Shown here: positions 48,030-57,162 of the stretch, piece by piece | How positions within the stretch are numbered: the stretch's first letter is position 1 | Layout: each line of letters starts with the position of its first letter | Source: Candidatus Lustribacter sp. | GTDB lineage: Bacteria > Vulcanimicrobiota > Vulcanimicrobiia > Vulcanimicrobiales > Vulcanimicrobiaceae | Direction: 5' to 3' | Assembly (NCBI GenBank): GCA_965277805.1 | Contig: OZ255842.1 | Coordinates: 1,888,001-1,952,000 of the forward strand | Length of the DNA: 64,000 nucleotides | Notes under the pieces: model-generated | The model's database searches: none | The model's input: only the letters and a program-made list of their open reading frames with translations | What the model was told of the DNA's origin: nothing | Program-made: the position numbers and the translations under genes

Positions 48030-49484
48030 TTAGGACAGACCGTATTCTTTCCAGCGCGACGCGACCTTGGACATCATGGCGGCGCTGACTTTGTTGACAG
48101 GTGGATAGGTGACGCCCTTAAACTTGAACGACGCGTCGATTCCCACTCCGCATGTCGGCGGATCGAAGTCGACGTCGATCGATTTTCGCTTGGGCAAGTC
48201 GTGCTTTTTCCCGACGATGACGTGCTTTTCAGGATCGCTCGCCGCACACACGCGCCACATCACTTCGTCCCAGTCGCGGACGTTGCAGTCTTCGTCGACC
48301 ACGATGATCCAGCGCCACGGTTCCCCGGTGTCGTTCCAGATGCCGTCCATGATTCGCCGCGCATCGTCTTTGTCGCGAATGGTCGCCGAGACGATCAGCA
48401 TGCCCATGCGCCCCACTTCCGGGAAAAACACCTCGCGGATGTTTGTCAGGCCGGTCTTCTGAATGACGCGTGCCTGGATCGAGCCGGAACGAAGGAGCTG
48501 ACGCGGATAATCTTCGACACGCAGGCAGATCAAGCCGTAGCTCAGCGGGTTCTTGCGATGCGTGATACACGTGATGTGCACGACGAACGAATCCGAGTTC
48601 TCGCCGTAAAAACCCGTCGATTCGCCGTGAGGGCCTTCGGTCGTGCGTTCCTTCGGGTAAACGATGCCCTCGACGATCATCTCGGCGCGCGCCGGCACCA
48701 GCAGATCGTTGGTCTCGCATTTCACGAGTTCCGTCGGGGCCCCGCGCCAGCCGCCGGCGGCTTCGTATTCCATTGAGCCGTTCGGACCCGGAGCAACGGG
48801 GCTGCCGGAAGCTAGGACGAGCAGCGGATCCATACCAAGAACAATCGCGACGGGCGTCGGCAGGCCGGCCGCTTCGTTTTCCATGATGTGGTCGCCGCCG
48901 GCGGCACCGGTAGTCAGGCCCCGGCCGCGGATACCACCGGCCATCGACACCGTCGTCTTGTCTTTGATCATCACGCGATAGGAGCCCATGTTCAGGTCGC
49001 CCGTTAGGGGATCGCGCGTAACGAAACCGGAGGTCGTTCCCAGATAGCGGCCGCCGTCATGTTCGTGCCAAACGGGAGTTGGCACGAGGTCGATGTCGAT
49101 CGCATCCCCGGTGACGATCACTTCTTTGCATGGTCCGGTTTCGAGAACTGTCGACGGAATGCGTTCGATCATGCCACGCACGACCCGTTCGTGAATCAGC
49201 TCTTCTTCCGGTTCAGCGTTGAAGGCGACCGCAAGCTGCTGGGTCGTCGAAATGATATTGGTCACCAGGGGCTTACCCTTATAGCCCTTGATGTTTTCGA
49301 ACAGCAGTGCCGGGCCTTTGCGCTCGAGCGAACGGGCAGTGATCGCACCGACTTCGTGAACGGGGTCGACCTCGACTGTGATGCGATGAAGCAGTTTTTT
49401 GGATTCTAGCAGCTCCAGGTACTCGCGCAAATCATGGTAACCCACCCACGCGTTCGTCTGGGGCTTCGGCTGCGTCATCGCCAT
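48030..49484 (-). CDS. UbiD family (prFMN-dependent) decarboxylase
   Basis: DLRE.L..L, P.LLF.NIKG, DGG.Y, N.G.YR, EGPHGE.TG.Y, IVVDED; SD AAGGAG before ATG 49484. Confidence 0.9.
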   Translation of the reverse strand: MAMTQPKPQTNAWVGYHDLREYLELLESKKLLHRITVEVDPVHEVGAITARSLERKGPALLFENIKGYKGKPLVTNIISTTQQLAVAFNAEPEEELIHERVVRGMIERIPSTVLETGPCKEVIVTGDAIDIDLVPTPVWHEHDGGRYLGTTSGFVTRDPLTGDLNMGSYRVMIKDKTTVSMAGGIRGRGLTTGAAGGDHIMENEAAGLPTPVAIVLGMDPLLVLASGSPVAPGPNGSMEYEAAGGWRGAPTELVKCETNDLLVPARAEMIVEGIVYPKERTTEGPHGESTGFYGENSDSFVVHITCITHRKNPLSYGLICLRVEDYPRQLLRSGSIQARVIQKTGLTNIREVFFPEVGRMGMLIVSATIRDKDDARRIMDGIWNDTGEPWRWIIVVDEDCNVRDWDEVMWRVCAASDPEKHVIVGKKHDLPKRKSIDVDFDPPTCGVGIDASFKFKGVTYPPVNKVSAAMMSKVASRWKEYGLS

Positions 49485-49587
49485 CGCACTTCTCCTTACG
49501 GTACCTGTTGCGCGTCCTACGACGCCGCTTCCGGACCCTCCCGCGGGAGCAGGACGCGCACCGCGATCGGACAACGGAACTGAGAGC

Positions 49588-49917
49588 ATGACGGCTCCCT
49601 TGATGTGGTCAAGGCGCTTGATTCTGGCGGGTGCCGGTGCGCTGTGCGCTGCGGGGCCGTTGCGCCTTACCGCTCAGCCGCTTACCCATCTTAGCGTGGG
49701 CACGATTCCAACTGACCCACCGCTGTCGCAAACCGTCAACGCCGGGCTCACTCGCATCTTGGGAAAGCCGTACGACGCAATCGCGCCGCACTTTCTGATC
49801 GCGGCGTTCTTCGCACAAGCCGATTTCATCAATGCCAACAAAGACGCGATTCAACGATTCTCGCGGGCGATGGAGCAGGGCAACGCATTCGCTAACGCCC
49901 AGTCGTCATCAACCTGA
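49588..49917 (+). pseudogene. Internally deleted, truncated paralog of the downstream substrate-binding protein
   Basis: The N-terminus (WSRR...LTHLSVGT.P.D) is fused directly to LSQT.NAG..R.LGKPYDAIAP.F; about 150 central residues and the C-terminus are missing. Confidence 0.8.
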
Positions 49918-49926
49918 AAGCGTGAA

Positions 49927-50895
49927 ATGATGCTTACTTCGCACTGGTCACGACGTGCCTTTATAGCAGGGGCGGCGAGCGCTGCTGTGCCACTCCGAGG
50001 AGGCGCGCAAAACCTCACGCATGTGAGCGTGGGCACGGCGCCGATCGACGCCGGAATGCCGCCGGTCATAGCCCAACACGCCGGGATCTTCAAGCGCAAC
50101 GGTCTGGACGTCGACGTGCAGGTCATGAACAGCGGGGCGGCCGTAGCCGCCGCCATCGTCGGCGGAGCGCTCAACGCCGGCGGTACGAGCGTTATGGGAC
50201 TCATTACGGCGCACCTCAAAGGGGTGCCGTTCCAAATCATTGCTCCCGCCAGCCTGTATGTGAGCGATCATCCCTCCGAACTGCTCGTCGTGCGAAAGGA
50301 CTCGACAATCCGTACCGGCGTCGATCTCAATGGGAAAGTCGTCGCCTCTCCCGCGCTCAAGGATCTGTTCTCGATTACAACCTTCGCGTGGGTGGATGAA
50401 AACGGAGGCGACTCGCGCACACTACACGAGATCGAGTTGCCGCCCGCCGCGACTCCGGCGGCACTCGATAGCGGCCGTATCGATGCAGCCGTACTGACGG
50501 AACCGCTGCTCTCGCAAACGATCAACGCGGGCATAGCGCGGGTCTTGGGAAAGCCGTACGACGCCATAGCGCCGCGCTTTATGATCGCAGCCGTTTTTGC
50601 CGACGCGAATTATATCAACGCGAACAAGGACGCAGTCCAGCGCCTCTCACGAGCGCTTCTGCAAGCGAATGCGTTCGGCAATGCGCATCCCGATCAAACC
50701 GCACCATGGCTAGCGGAACTCACAAAGGTGGATGTAGCGACGATCAATCGCGGTCATCGTGAGATGTTCGACGAGGCGATCATACCGGGCAACCTGCAGC
50801 GCGTGATCGACGCAGCCGCGCGCTACAAGGCCATCGATCACGCCTTCGATGCCCGCGACCTCATCAGTCCAGTCGTGCTGAGCGCGAAAACTTGA
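49927..50895 (+). CDS. SsuA/THI5-family substrate-binding protein
   Basis: SRRAFI Tat leader; GIFKRNGLDV; close paralog of 28081..29040 (AHL.GVPFQI.AP.S.Y.SD.P and AIDH.FDARD..SPVVL shared). Confidence 0.88.
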   Translation: MMLTSHWSRRAFIAGAASAAVPLRGGAQNLTHVSVGTAPIDAGMPPVIAQHAGIFKRNGLDVDVQVMNSGAAVAAAIVGGALNAGGTSVMGLITAHLKGVPFQIIAPASLYVSDHPSELLVVRKDSTIRTGVDLNGKVVASPALKDLFSITTFAWVDENGGDSRTLHEIELPPAATPAALDSGRIDAAVLTEPLLSQTINAGIARVLGKPYDAIAPRFMIAAVFADANYINANKDAVQRLSRALLQANAFGNAHPDQTAPWLAELTKVDVATINRGHREMFDEAIIPGNLQRVIDAAARYKAIDHAFDARDLISPVVLSAKT

Positions 50896-50908
50896 GCATG
50901 CTATAACG

Positions 50909-52075
50909 CTAGCCCGGCCCGTGTACCATCGGCGACGTCGCGATTTCCGTGTTTTGGAGTTTTCCGTTTACTCGTTCGGTGCGGCGGATGTAGACGTTTT
51001 GCACGAGGTCGCGATTGGCCGGGTCGATCTCTACGGGACCGCGCGGACTCTCCCACTTGAGGCCCTTGAGCGTTGCCATTGCCTTGTCGAGTGCGATGGG
51101 CCCGTTTTGCTTTGAAGCTACTGCCGCGATTGCCGCCATAACATCGTAGCCTTCCACAGCCGCGAAGTTCGGTTCTAGGGCCGGACGCAGCGCCTTAAAC
51201 GTTTTGACGAACTGCGCGTTGAGCGCGCTCTTGTGCGCCGCGCTATAAATGTACGCAGTGATCAGACCGATCGCCAGATCGCCGTCGGCTGCGAGATTGT
51301 TTTCGTCGACGAGATCACCGGTGGACAGCAGCTTCGACGTCTTGTCGAGCCCAATATTGTGATAGGCCTGCAAGAACTGCCCAGCACCGCCGAACGATGG
51401 GAGAAAAAGGAAGACTGCGTCTGGCTTGGCGTCTTTGATCCGCTGCAGATACGGCGCGAATTCAGCCGTGCCGGTTGGAATCGCATCGGTGCCGAGCAGC
51501 TTCCCGCCGGCGGCGGTGAAGGCTTGAGTGAATCCGCTGCTGGCATCAATCCCGGCTTGCACGTTGGCGTACGCGGTGTACGCGGTCTTCATACCGTTCG
51601 CGGTCGCGTATCTGCCGAGGGCCGCGCCAAGCTCGGCCAGCGTGAACGAGTAGCGCGTCATGTTCGGAAACTTGGCGAGGAAGCCGGTCGACGGCGCATT
51701 CGCCACGAATTGCGGCTTCTGCGCTTCGAGCGTTACGGAACCCGCAGCAATTGCGTTGGGCGTCGAGACGTAGCCGGCGAGCGCATCGACACCGGCTTGC
51801 GCGATCAACTCTTGCGTCTGCCGCATGGCGCCTTCGGGGTTGAGCCCGGTACCGTCGTCGCGCCGGATGAATTGCACAGTTCGCCCCGCTACACGGTTGC
51901 CGTGCATGCGAATGTAGGCATCCATGCCGGCATCGAAGGTGGCCAACGTCGCATCGGTATTCGAATACGACCACACGACGCCGATCCGCAGCGGCGTGTC
52001 GGCTCCGGCGGCGGCGGTGAGGAGTACGGTCGCGGCGAGCCCCGTCGCTGCAATTCGGCGAACACGGAAGTTCAT
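50909..52075 (-). CDS. LivJ-type (aromatic-acid class) substrate-binding protein
   Basis: GR.V..IRRDD, FAPYLQRIKD.KPDA.F.F.P, WESPRGP..ID...RD..QN.YIR. Confidence 0.85.
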   Translation of the reverse strand: MNFRVRRIAATGLAATVLLTAAAGADTPLRIGVVWSYSNTDATLATFDAGMDAYIRMHGNRVAGRTVQFIRRDDGTGLNPEGAMRQTQELIAQAGVDALAGYVSTPNAIAAGSVTLEAQKPQFVANAPSTGFLAKFPNMTRYSFTLAELGAALGRYATANGMKTAYTAYANVQAGIDASSGFTQAFTAAGGKLLGTDAIPTGTAEFAPYLQRIKDAKPDAVFLFLPSFGGAGQFLQAYHNIGLDKTSKLLSTGDLVDENNLAADGDLAIGLITAYIYSAAHKSALNAQFVKTFKALRPALEPNFAAVEGYDVMAAIAAVASKQNGPIALDKAMATLKGLKWESPRGPVEIDPANRDLVQNVYIRRTERVNGKLQNTEIATSPMVHGPG

Positions 52076-53541
52076 GAGCAGTCCCCTCGTTCGGTGAAGT
52101 CGAGTTCCGCCTCTGAAGCCCAGAGGCCGTGAATGTGGGTCGTGGACAGAAAGGGTAAGAGCACGCGCGCCAGCGGCCCGTCCGACAGGTGTAGCGCGTC
52201 CAAGACGATGAGCTCGGAATGCATCGAGCGGTAATCGCTGGCGACGCCGATCAGATAGCCGTCGCCTTCATCGCCCGCGACGGTTCGTGGAACGAAGCAG
52301 CACTCACCAAGCGTCACGCCTTCAGGCACGTGATACGCGTCGCTCGCTCCCGTCGCGAAGTCGAACCGGCCGTAGGCGCCGACGGCCGGTGGCCGGAGGT
52401 GTGCCAGCCGTTCGTGCACCGGGCGTGCCGGATCGCGGAAACCGGCGAATCCGTAGCGGTTGGGCAACGTCAGATAGCGCGGATCGACGCGTCCGCGGTC
52501 GTCGACATCTTCGGCGAACAAGATCTCCTCGGTCCAGGCATCGCTGCGCGAACTCAGATCGAAGCGATACCGGCGGATAAGCGCGCGAGCTCGTGCCGGA
52601 TCGTACGGCGTCCCATCAACGTTGGGAAAGAACGGGAAGAAATTGGAGTTCCAAAACGGCGCGTCGAGCACGACGGTAGTGCCGTCGGTGTGCGCGTTGA
52701 AGGTGTGCATCATGCAACGTTCGGGTCCGCGAAACCAGCGCATATCGCTCGGGGCACCGTCGCGCGGGAGGATCCCGATATAGCTCGGCTGCGAACTGTC
52801 CCAGCCCCAGTGGATGCGCCCGGCCTCCAGGCGTTCGCGGCTCGTCACGTAGCCGCCGAAGGGAAACACGATATGCTCTTGCGTGAGCGCGATGTCATGC
52901 ATCATGCTGACGTACGGCACTTTGAGGTGCCGTTCGCTCGTCACCGCACCGCCGCGATCGATGACGACCACGAACAAGTCGTCGCTGGCCGCACCGGTTG
53001 CTTCGTACCCGTACGCGATCATCTCGCCCGAGAGCGGATCGATTTTCGGATGCGCGGTGAACGTCTGACTCGAGTACGCCCCGCCGAAATCCCACGAACC
53101 GAGCGTCGCCAACGTTGCGGGATCGAGCCGGATCGGTAAGCCGTCCTCCTTAAGTGCGAAGAGCTTTCCCGCATGCGCCAGCGGCGCCGTATTCGCGACG
53201 GTCCGCAACTGTGGCGCCGCCGGGTCGCGCACCACAGGGTCATCCGTAAATGCATTGCGGTAATAGCCGTACAACTGACGGCCGGCTTGGCGGTTCGCCT
53301 CAAAGCGCGGCGTCGCAATCCACCGGCCACGATAGTCTGCGCGCCCGTCGTGAATACGAAAGCTACTCACGTAACCGTCGCTGTTTAGAGGGGCGTCGTC
53401 GGGAAACATCGGCGGATAGAACCACTGGCCGCCGACCCGAACGAACGCACCGTTCATGTCGTGCGGAAGCTCGCCCACGATCTCGCAGTCGATGACGTGT
53501 GCCTCGAAGCGCTCCGAGAGCGGGCGGCTCGGCGCCGTCAT
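52072..53541 (-). CDS. Carotenoid oxygenase family protein (lignostilbene dioxygenase-like)
   Basis: Four Fe-ligand His present: TAHPK, MMHD, MMH..NA, HIHG.W; also LKEDG and E..FVP. Confidence 0.88.
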   Translation of the reverse strand: MTAPSRPLSERFEAHVIDCEIVGELPHDMNGAFVRVGGQWFYPPMFPDDAPLNSDGYVSSFRIHDGRADYRGRWIATPRFEANRQAGRQLYGYYRNAFTDDPVVRDPAAPQLRTVANTAPLAHAGKLFALKEDGLPIRLDPATLATLGSWDFGGAYSSQTFTAHPKIDPLSGEMIAYGYEATGAASDDLFVVVIDRGGAVTSERHLKVPYVSMMHDIALTQEHIVFPFGGYVTSRERLEAGRIHWGWDSSQPSYIGILPRDGAPSDMRWFRGPERCMMHTFNAHTDGTTVVLDAPFWNSNFFPFFPNVDGTPYDPARARALIRRYRFDLSSRSDAWTEEILFAEDVDDRGRVDPRYLTLPNRYGFAGFRDPARPVHERLAHLRPPAVGAYGRFDFATGASDAYHVPEGVTLGECCFVPRTVAGDEGDGYLIGVASDYRSMHSELIVLDALHLSDGPLARVLLPFLSTTHIHGLWASEAELDFTERGDCS

Positions 53542-53542
53542 C

Positions 53543-54046
53543 TTAGTTCGTGACGGTATAGTACGTGAAGAGCGTAGAGCCGGGACCGGGAAGACGCTCG
53601 CCCATGCCGACGATCACCGTGCGCGTCAGCCAGTCGTGCGGTCCGGCCGGAACGTCGAACACCGGCGTGATGACGAAGTAGGTCGATTGCGCTACTTCGA
53701 AATTCGTGGGGCGCGCCTCCGGCGCCAAGGGCCGGCCATCGGGCTGCCGACCGTAGAGATAGCCGCGGTTGTAGAGATAGATCGGCGTCCCGTCAGAGGC
53801 CTCGAGCATGTAATGCGCGTTCAGCTCTGCCACACCGTCGGCGCGTCCCCGCGCCCAATCAGCGCCGCTCTGCGGGATCGCGCGCCCCTGTAGTCGGGGA
53901 CCGGTGATCTCTCCGTGCGAAATGCGCACGTACACGCGGCCACCCATCGGCGTACGCGGCTCGAAGCGCACGCGATCGTCGAAGAAAAGCTTGACCTGAA
54001 ACGCGAACTCGAGCTTGAGTTGGGGAATCGGAAGATTCTCGTTCAC
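53543..54046 (-). CDS. DUF3237 family protein
   Basis: G.R....I..G...GP.L.G, GADW, A.Y.L...DG..IY..N.G, P.F....G.HDWL. Confidence 0.8.
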   Translation of the reverse strand: MNENLPIPQLKLEFAFQVKLFFDDRVRFEPRTPMGGRVYVRISHGEITGPRLQGRAIPQSGADWARGRADGVAELNAHYMLEASDGTPIYLYNRGYLYGRQPDGRPLAPEARPTNFEVAQSTYFVITPVFDVPAGPHDWLTRTVIVGMGERLPGPGSTLFTYYTVTN

Positions 54047-54110
54047 GGTTCACCTCTGTCAACGAAACTAGTTGCCAAAATGGTTATCATGTACTACTAT
54101 CGGTGTCAAG

Positions 54111-54539
54111 ATGCCGAATGACGACGTCGATCTTGCGTCGCTCGAGTCGTACATCGGCTTTTTGCTGATCCGCGCGCAGCACAAGCTCTATGCGCAATTT
54201 ACCGACATCATGCTCGAAGTCGACTTGTTGCCGGCACAGTTCGCGCTGCTCACGCTGTTGAAGGCAAACCCCGGCATCATGCCCTCGCGCGCCAGCAACG
54301 CCCTCGGCATACAGAAGGCGAACTTCGTGCGCCTTCAGGTTCAGCTTGAAGAGCGCGGCCTTATAGAACGGCAGGCACGTGACGGCCGTTCGTTCGGCCT
54401 ACGGCTCACGAAAGACGGATCTGCGACCCTCCGCAAAGCTCTGCGTCTCCATCGGGAATTCGACGCCGCCGTGCGCGATAAGATCGGCGCCGATGGGGAA
54501 CGGACCCTGCGCCCGCTCCTGCTGTCGCTCACGCGCTAA
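54111..54539 (+). CDS. MarR family transcriptional regulator
   Basis: IGF...RA, QF..L.L...PG, LE.RGLI.R...D.RS..L.LT..G. Confidence 0.88.
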   Translation: MPNDDVDLASLESYIGFLLIRAQHKLYAQFTDIMLEVDLLPAQFALLTLLKANPGIMPSRASNALGIQKANFVRLQVQLEERGLIERQARDGRSFGLRLTKDGSATLRKALRLHREFDAAVRDKIGADGERTLRPLLLSLTR

Positions 54540-54616
54540 AACCGAACGATACGTCGATGCTTCACATGCAGCCTTCGAGCGGTATTCAACAGACGCAATG
54601 GCGAATCTCGGCGAGG

Positions 54617-55135
54617 ATGCCAAAGGCGAACACGCGATCGATCCTGATTCCTCAGGAGCACATCGACCAGCATCTGCGCGAATTTCCCGGCCTTTTCGAA
54701 GCCTCGAGCACGCAAGTGCTGTTCGCCGTACGTGCGCTCGCGCAACGGATCAACGACCGCGCGACAGACTGGCTCTCCCCCCTCGGTCTCACGTCGACGC
54801 AATATAACTATCTTGCCGTGCTCTATGCAAAACGCGCGACCGGCCTAACCCTCAACGATATCAGCGGCCTGGTACACACGGCAAACGGGTCGGTCACGAC
54901 AATGATCAATGCGCTCGAGCGGTCATCATTGGTGAAACGTACACCCCATCCAAGCGACGGCCGCAGCAGCGTCATATTTCTCACGGCGCGCGGGCGCAAG
55001 CTCTTCGAACGAGCGTTTCAACTCCATCACGAGAACATCGAGCGCACGTTCGCCGGGCTCGCAATCGCCGATCGGAAGGCCTTGCTTGCCGGACTCGAGC
55101 GCCTCGGTGACGCCTTTGCGAAGGATTCAAAATAG
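54617..55135 (+). CDS. MarR family transcriptional regulator
   Basis: GLT..QY..L..L, SVT.....LE...LV.R..HP.DGRS..I.LT..G; start uncertain. Confidence 0.88.
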   Translation: MPKANTRSILIPQEHIDQHLREFPGLFEASSTQVLFAVRALAQRINDRATDWLSPLGLTSTQYNYLAVLYAKRATGLTLNDISGLVHTANGSVTTMINALERSSLVKRTPHPSDGRSSVIFLTARGRKLFERAFQLHHENIERTFAGLAIADRKALLAGLERLGDAFAKDSK

Positions 55136-56170
55136 ATGCAATGCGCTCATACTCGCGCCGCGTTCTTGACGGGTAGCGTCGCGGCAGCCGCGGCCGCTGC
55201 AATTCCGTCCGGGATCGGTGCCCAAAGCGGCGGATCACTGCGGCGGAACATCGACGTCCATCAGCACATTCTGCCGCCGGAATACCTGGCCGCGGCACGA
55301 GCAGCCGGCCGTATTGCCGACGTCGGTGAGGCTCCGGCCATTCTCGGATGGCAGCCGCAACAGAGCCTCGAGCGGATGGACCAGCTCGGCATCGACATTG
55401 CAATCACCTCGATCTCGACACCCGGCGTTACGCTCGGCGACGTGGCGAATGGCCGGCGCCTGGCCCGCGCGTGTAACGAATATGCCGCGAATCTGGCCCG
55501 CGAACACCCGGGCCGCTTCGGCAGCTTCGCATCGCTGCCCCTGACTGATGTCCCCGGCAGCCTCACCGAACTCGCCTACGCGCTCGATCAGCTGCATGCC
55601 GACGGCGTGGTGCTCTTAAGCGTGTACGGCGATCGCTGGGTTGGCGACGCGGCATTCGCGCCGGTGCTCGATGAACTGAACCGGCGGAAGGCGGTTGTTT
55701 TCGTGCACCCGTCGGTCGGAAACTGTTGCCGCTCGCTGATCCCCAACGTCAATGTCGGCATGATCGAGTATCCGCTCGACACGACACGGGCGATCGTCAG
55801 CCTCCTGGTCGGCGGCACGTTTACCCGCTGCCCCGATATCCGCTTCATCTTCCCGCACGGTGGCGGAACGATACCGATGCTGGCCGATCGCGTGGCCCGC
55901 ACGTCGGGCGCGCGTACCGACTTGCACTTGGGCGCACCGCCCCTCCAGATCTTAAAAAAGCAGTATTACGATGTGGCGCTCTCGGCCAGCGCGCCGTCGC
56001 TGGCGGCGATCAACGCCTTTGCTGATCCGGCGAAGATTCTCTTTGGCACCGATTTCCCGTTTGTCGAGATGGCCTACACGACGGATGGGCTGCGCAATGC
56101 GGGGCTTCCGCTCGATCGGCTCGCCGCGATCGAACGCGGCAATGCGACGGCGCTCTTTCCCCGCCGCTGA
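55136..56170 (+). CDS. Amidohydrolase_2 family protein (6-methylsalicylate decarboxylase-like) with Tat-like leader
   Basis: DVHQH, SIS.PG, RFG.FA.LP, FVHP, DTTRA, HGGG..P, FGTDFPF. Confidence 0.82.
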   Translation: MQCAHTRAAFLTGSVAAAAAAAIPSGIGAQSGGSLRRNIDVHQHILPPEYLAAARAAGRIADVGEAPAILGWQPQQSLERMDQLGIDIAITSISTPGVTLGDVANGRRLARACNEYAANLAREHPGRFGSFASLPLTDVPGSLTELAYALDQLHADGVVLLSVYGDRWVGDAAFAPVLDELNRRKAVVFVHPSVGNCCRSLIPNVNVGMIEYPLDTTRAIVSLLVGGTFTRCPDIRFIFPHGGGTIPMLADRVARTSGARTDLHLGAPPLQILKKQYYDVALSASAPSLAAINAFADPAKILFGTDFPFVEMAYTTDGLRNAGLPLDRLAAIERGNATALFPRR

Positions 56171-56171
56171 C

Positions 56172-57074
56172 CTACTCGCGCTGAATCAATGGACGCACGG
56201 CTTCGCCGTACTCCGTAACCTGCGTCTGCCGCGCGTATTCCTCAATCGACGCGCCGGTCCAATCGCCCGGACGCCACGCGGGATACTTGAAGCGCAAGCC
56301 TCCATCGACCGGAATGTCGATGCCGGTCAGAAACGACGACTCGTCGGAGGCGAGAAAGACCGCCGCCCAGGCGAGATCGGAAGCCCGCGGAAAGCGTTCC
56401 AGCGGGATCATCTTGAGGTAATCGTCCCGTGAGTAGAACGAACGGCGGTCCGGCCGTTCAGCCGTCGGCGTTTCGATCTCGTCGCGCATGTTCGTCCACA
56501 ACTGGTGTTCCATCGCGCAGGGCGTGATCGTGTTGACGCGGATGCCGTCGTGCGCCAAATCCATCGCGCACGAACGCGCAAGGTTGAGCAACGCACCCTT
56601 CGCCGCCGTATACGCGCCGCCGCTCGCTTCACCGAAATGCGCCGCCGTTGACAGCAAGTGCATGATGCTGCCCCGAACCTTGCCTGCGATCATCGCCCGA
56701 GCGACGTGCTTGGTCGTAAGCATACCCGCCGTCGGAAAGCTCGACATGGCAGCGGTAAATTCGGCGACATCCATGTCGACGATCGGACTCCAGTGCACGG
56801 TACCGGCCATGTTTACCGCAATGTCGACGTGCCCGTAGCGCTCGACGGCGCGACCGACGATTCGTTCGACATCCGGTTCGAGGAGCGCATTGCCCGGCAC
56901 CGCCGTCGCTTCCAAACCGTCACGCACGATCCGATCCGCCGTCGCTTGCGCGACCAGCGCGTTGAGATCGCTAACGACGACCGCAGCGCCCTCGCGGGCC
57001 AGAAAGAGCGCAATCGTGCCCCCGATATTCGGACCCGCGCCGAACACGATCGCCGTTTTTCCTCGAAGTCTCAT
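56172..57074 (-). CDS. SDR family oxidoreductase
   Basis: GAGPNIG, VN.AG, YTAAK, IRVN.I.P, FL.SD.S.F.TG....VDGG. Confidence 0.88.
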   Translation of the reverse strand: MRLRGKTAIVFGAGPNIGGTIALFLAREGAAVVVSDLNALVAQATADRIVRDGLEATAVPGNALLEPDVERIVGRAVERYGHVDIAVNMAGTVHWSPIVDMDVAEFTAAMSSFPTAGMLTTKHVARAMIAGKVRGSIMHLLSTAAHFGEASGGAYTAAKGALLNLARSCAMDLAHDGIRVNTITPCAMEHQLWTNMRDEIETPTAERPDRRSFYSRDDYLKMIPLERFPRASDLAWAAVFLASDESSFLTGIDIPVDGGLRFKYPAWRPGDWTGASIEEYARQTQVTEYGEAVRPLIQRE

Positions 57075-57127
57075 GGAGGCGTCGTTGTCGACTTGACACT
57101 GCCGGGCCTGGTCGGTACGATGCAAAT

Positions 57128-57147
57128 CTATATCGAATTCAAAATAG
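57128..57147. promoter_or_regulatory. Operator-like palindrome copy 2 (CTATATCGAATTCAAAATAG)
   Basis: Imperfect 20-bp palindrome between the divergent SDR and Rieske genes. Confidence 0.6.
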
Positions 57148-57162
57148 TTTCAGGGGGCCAGA

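Noticed and set aside
54069-54089. Possible MarR operator TAGTTGCCAAAATGGTTATCA
   Set aside because: Symmetry is too weak to call, although the position is plausible.
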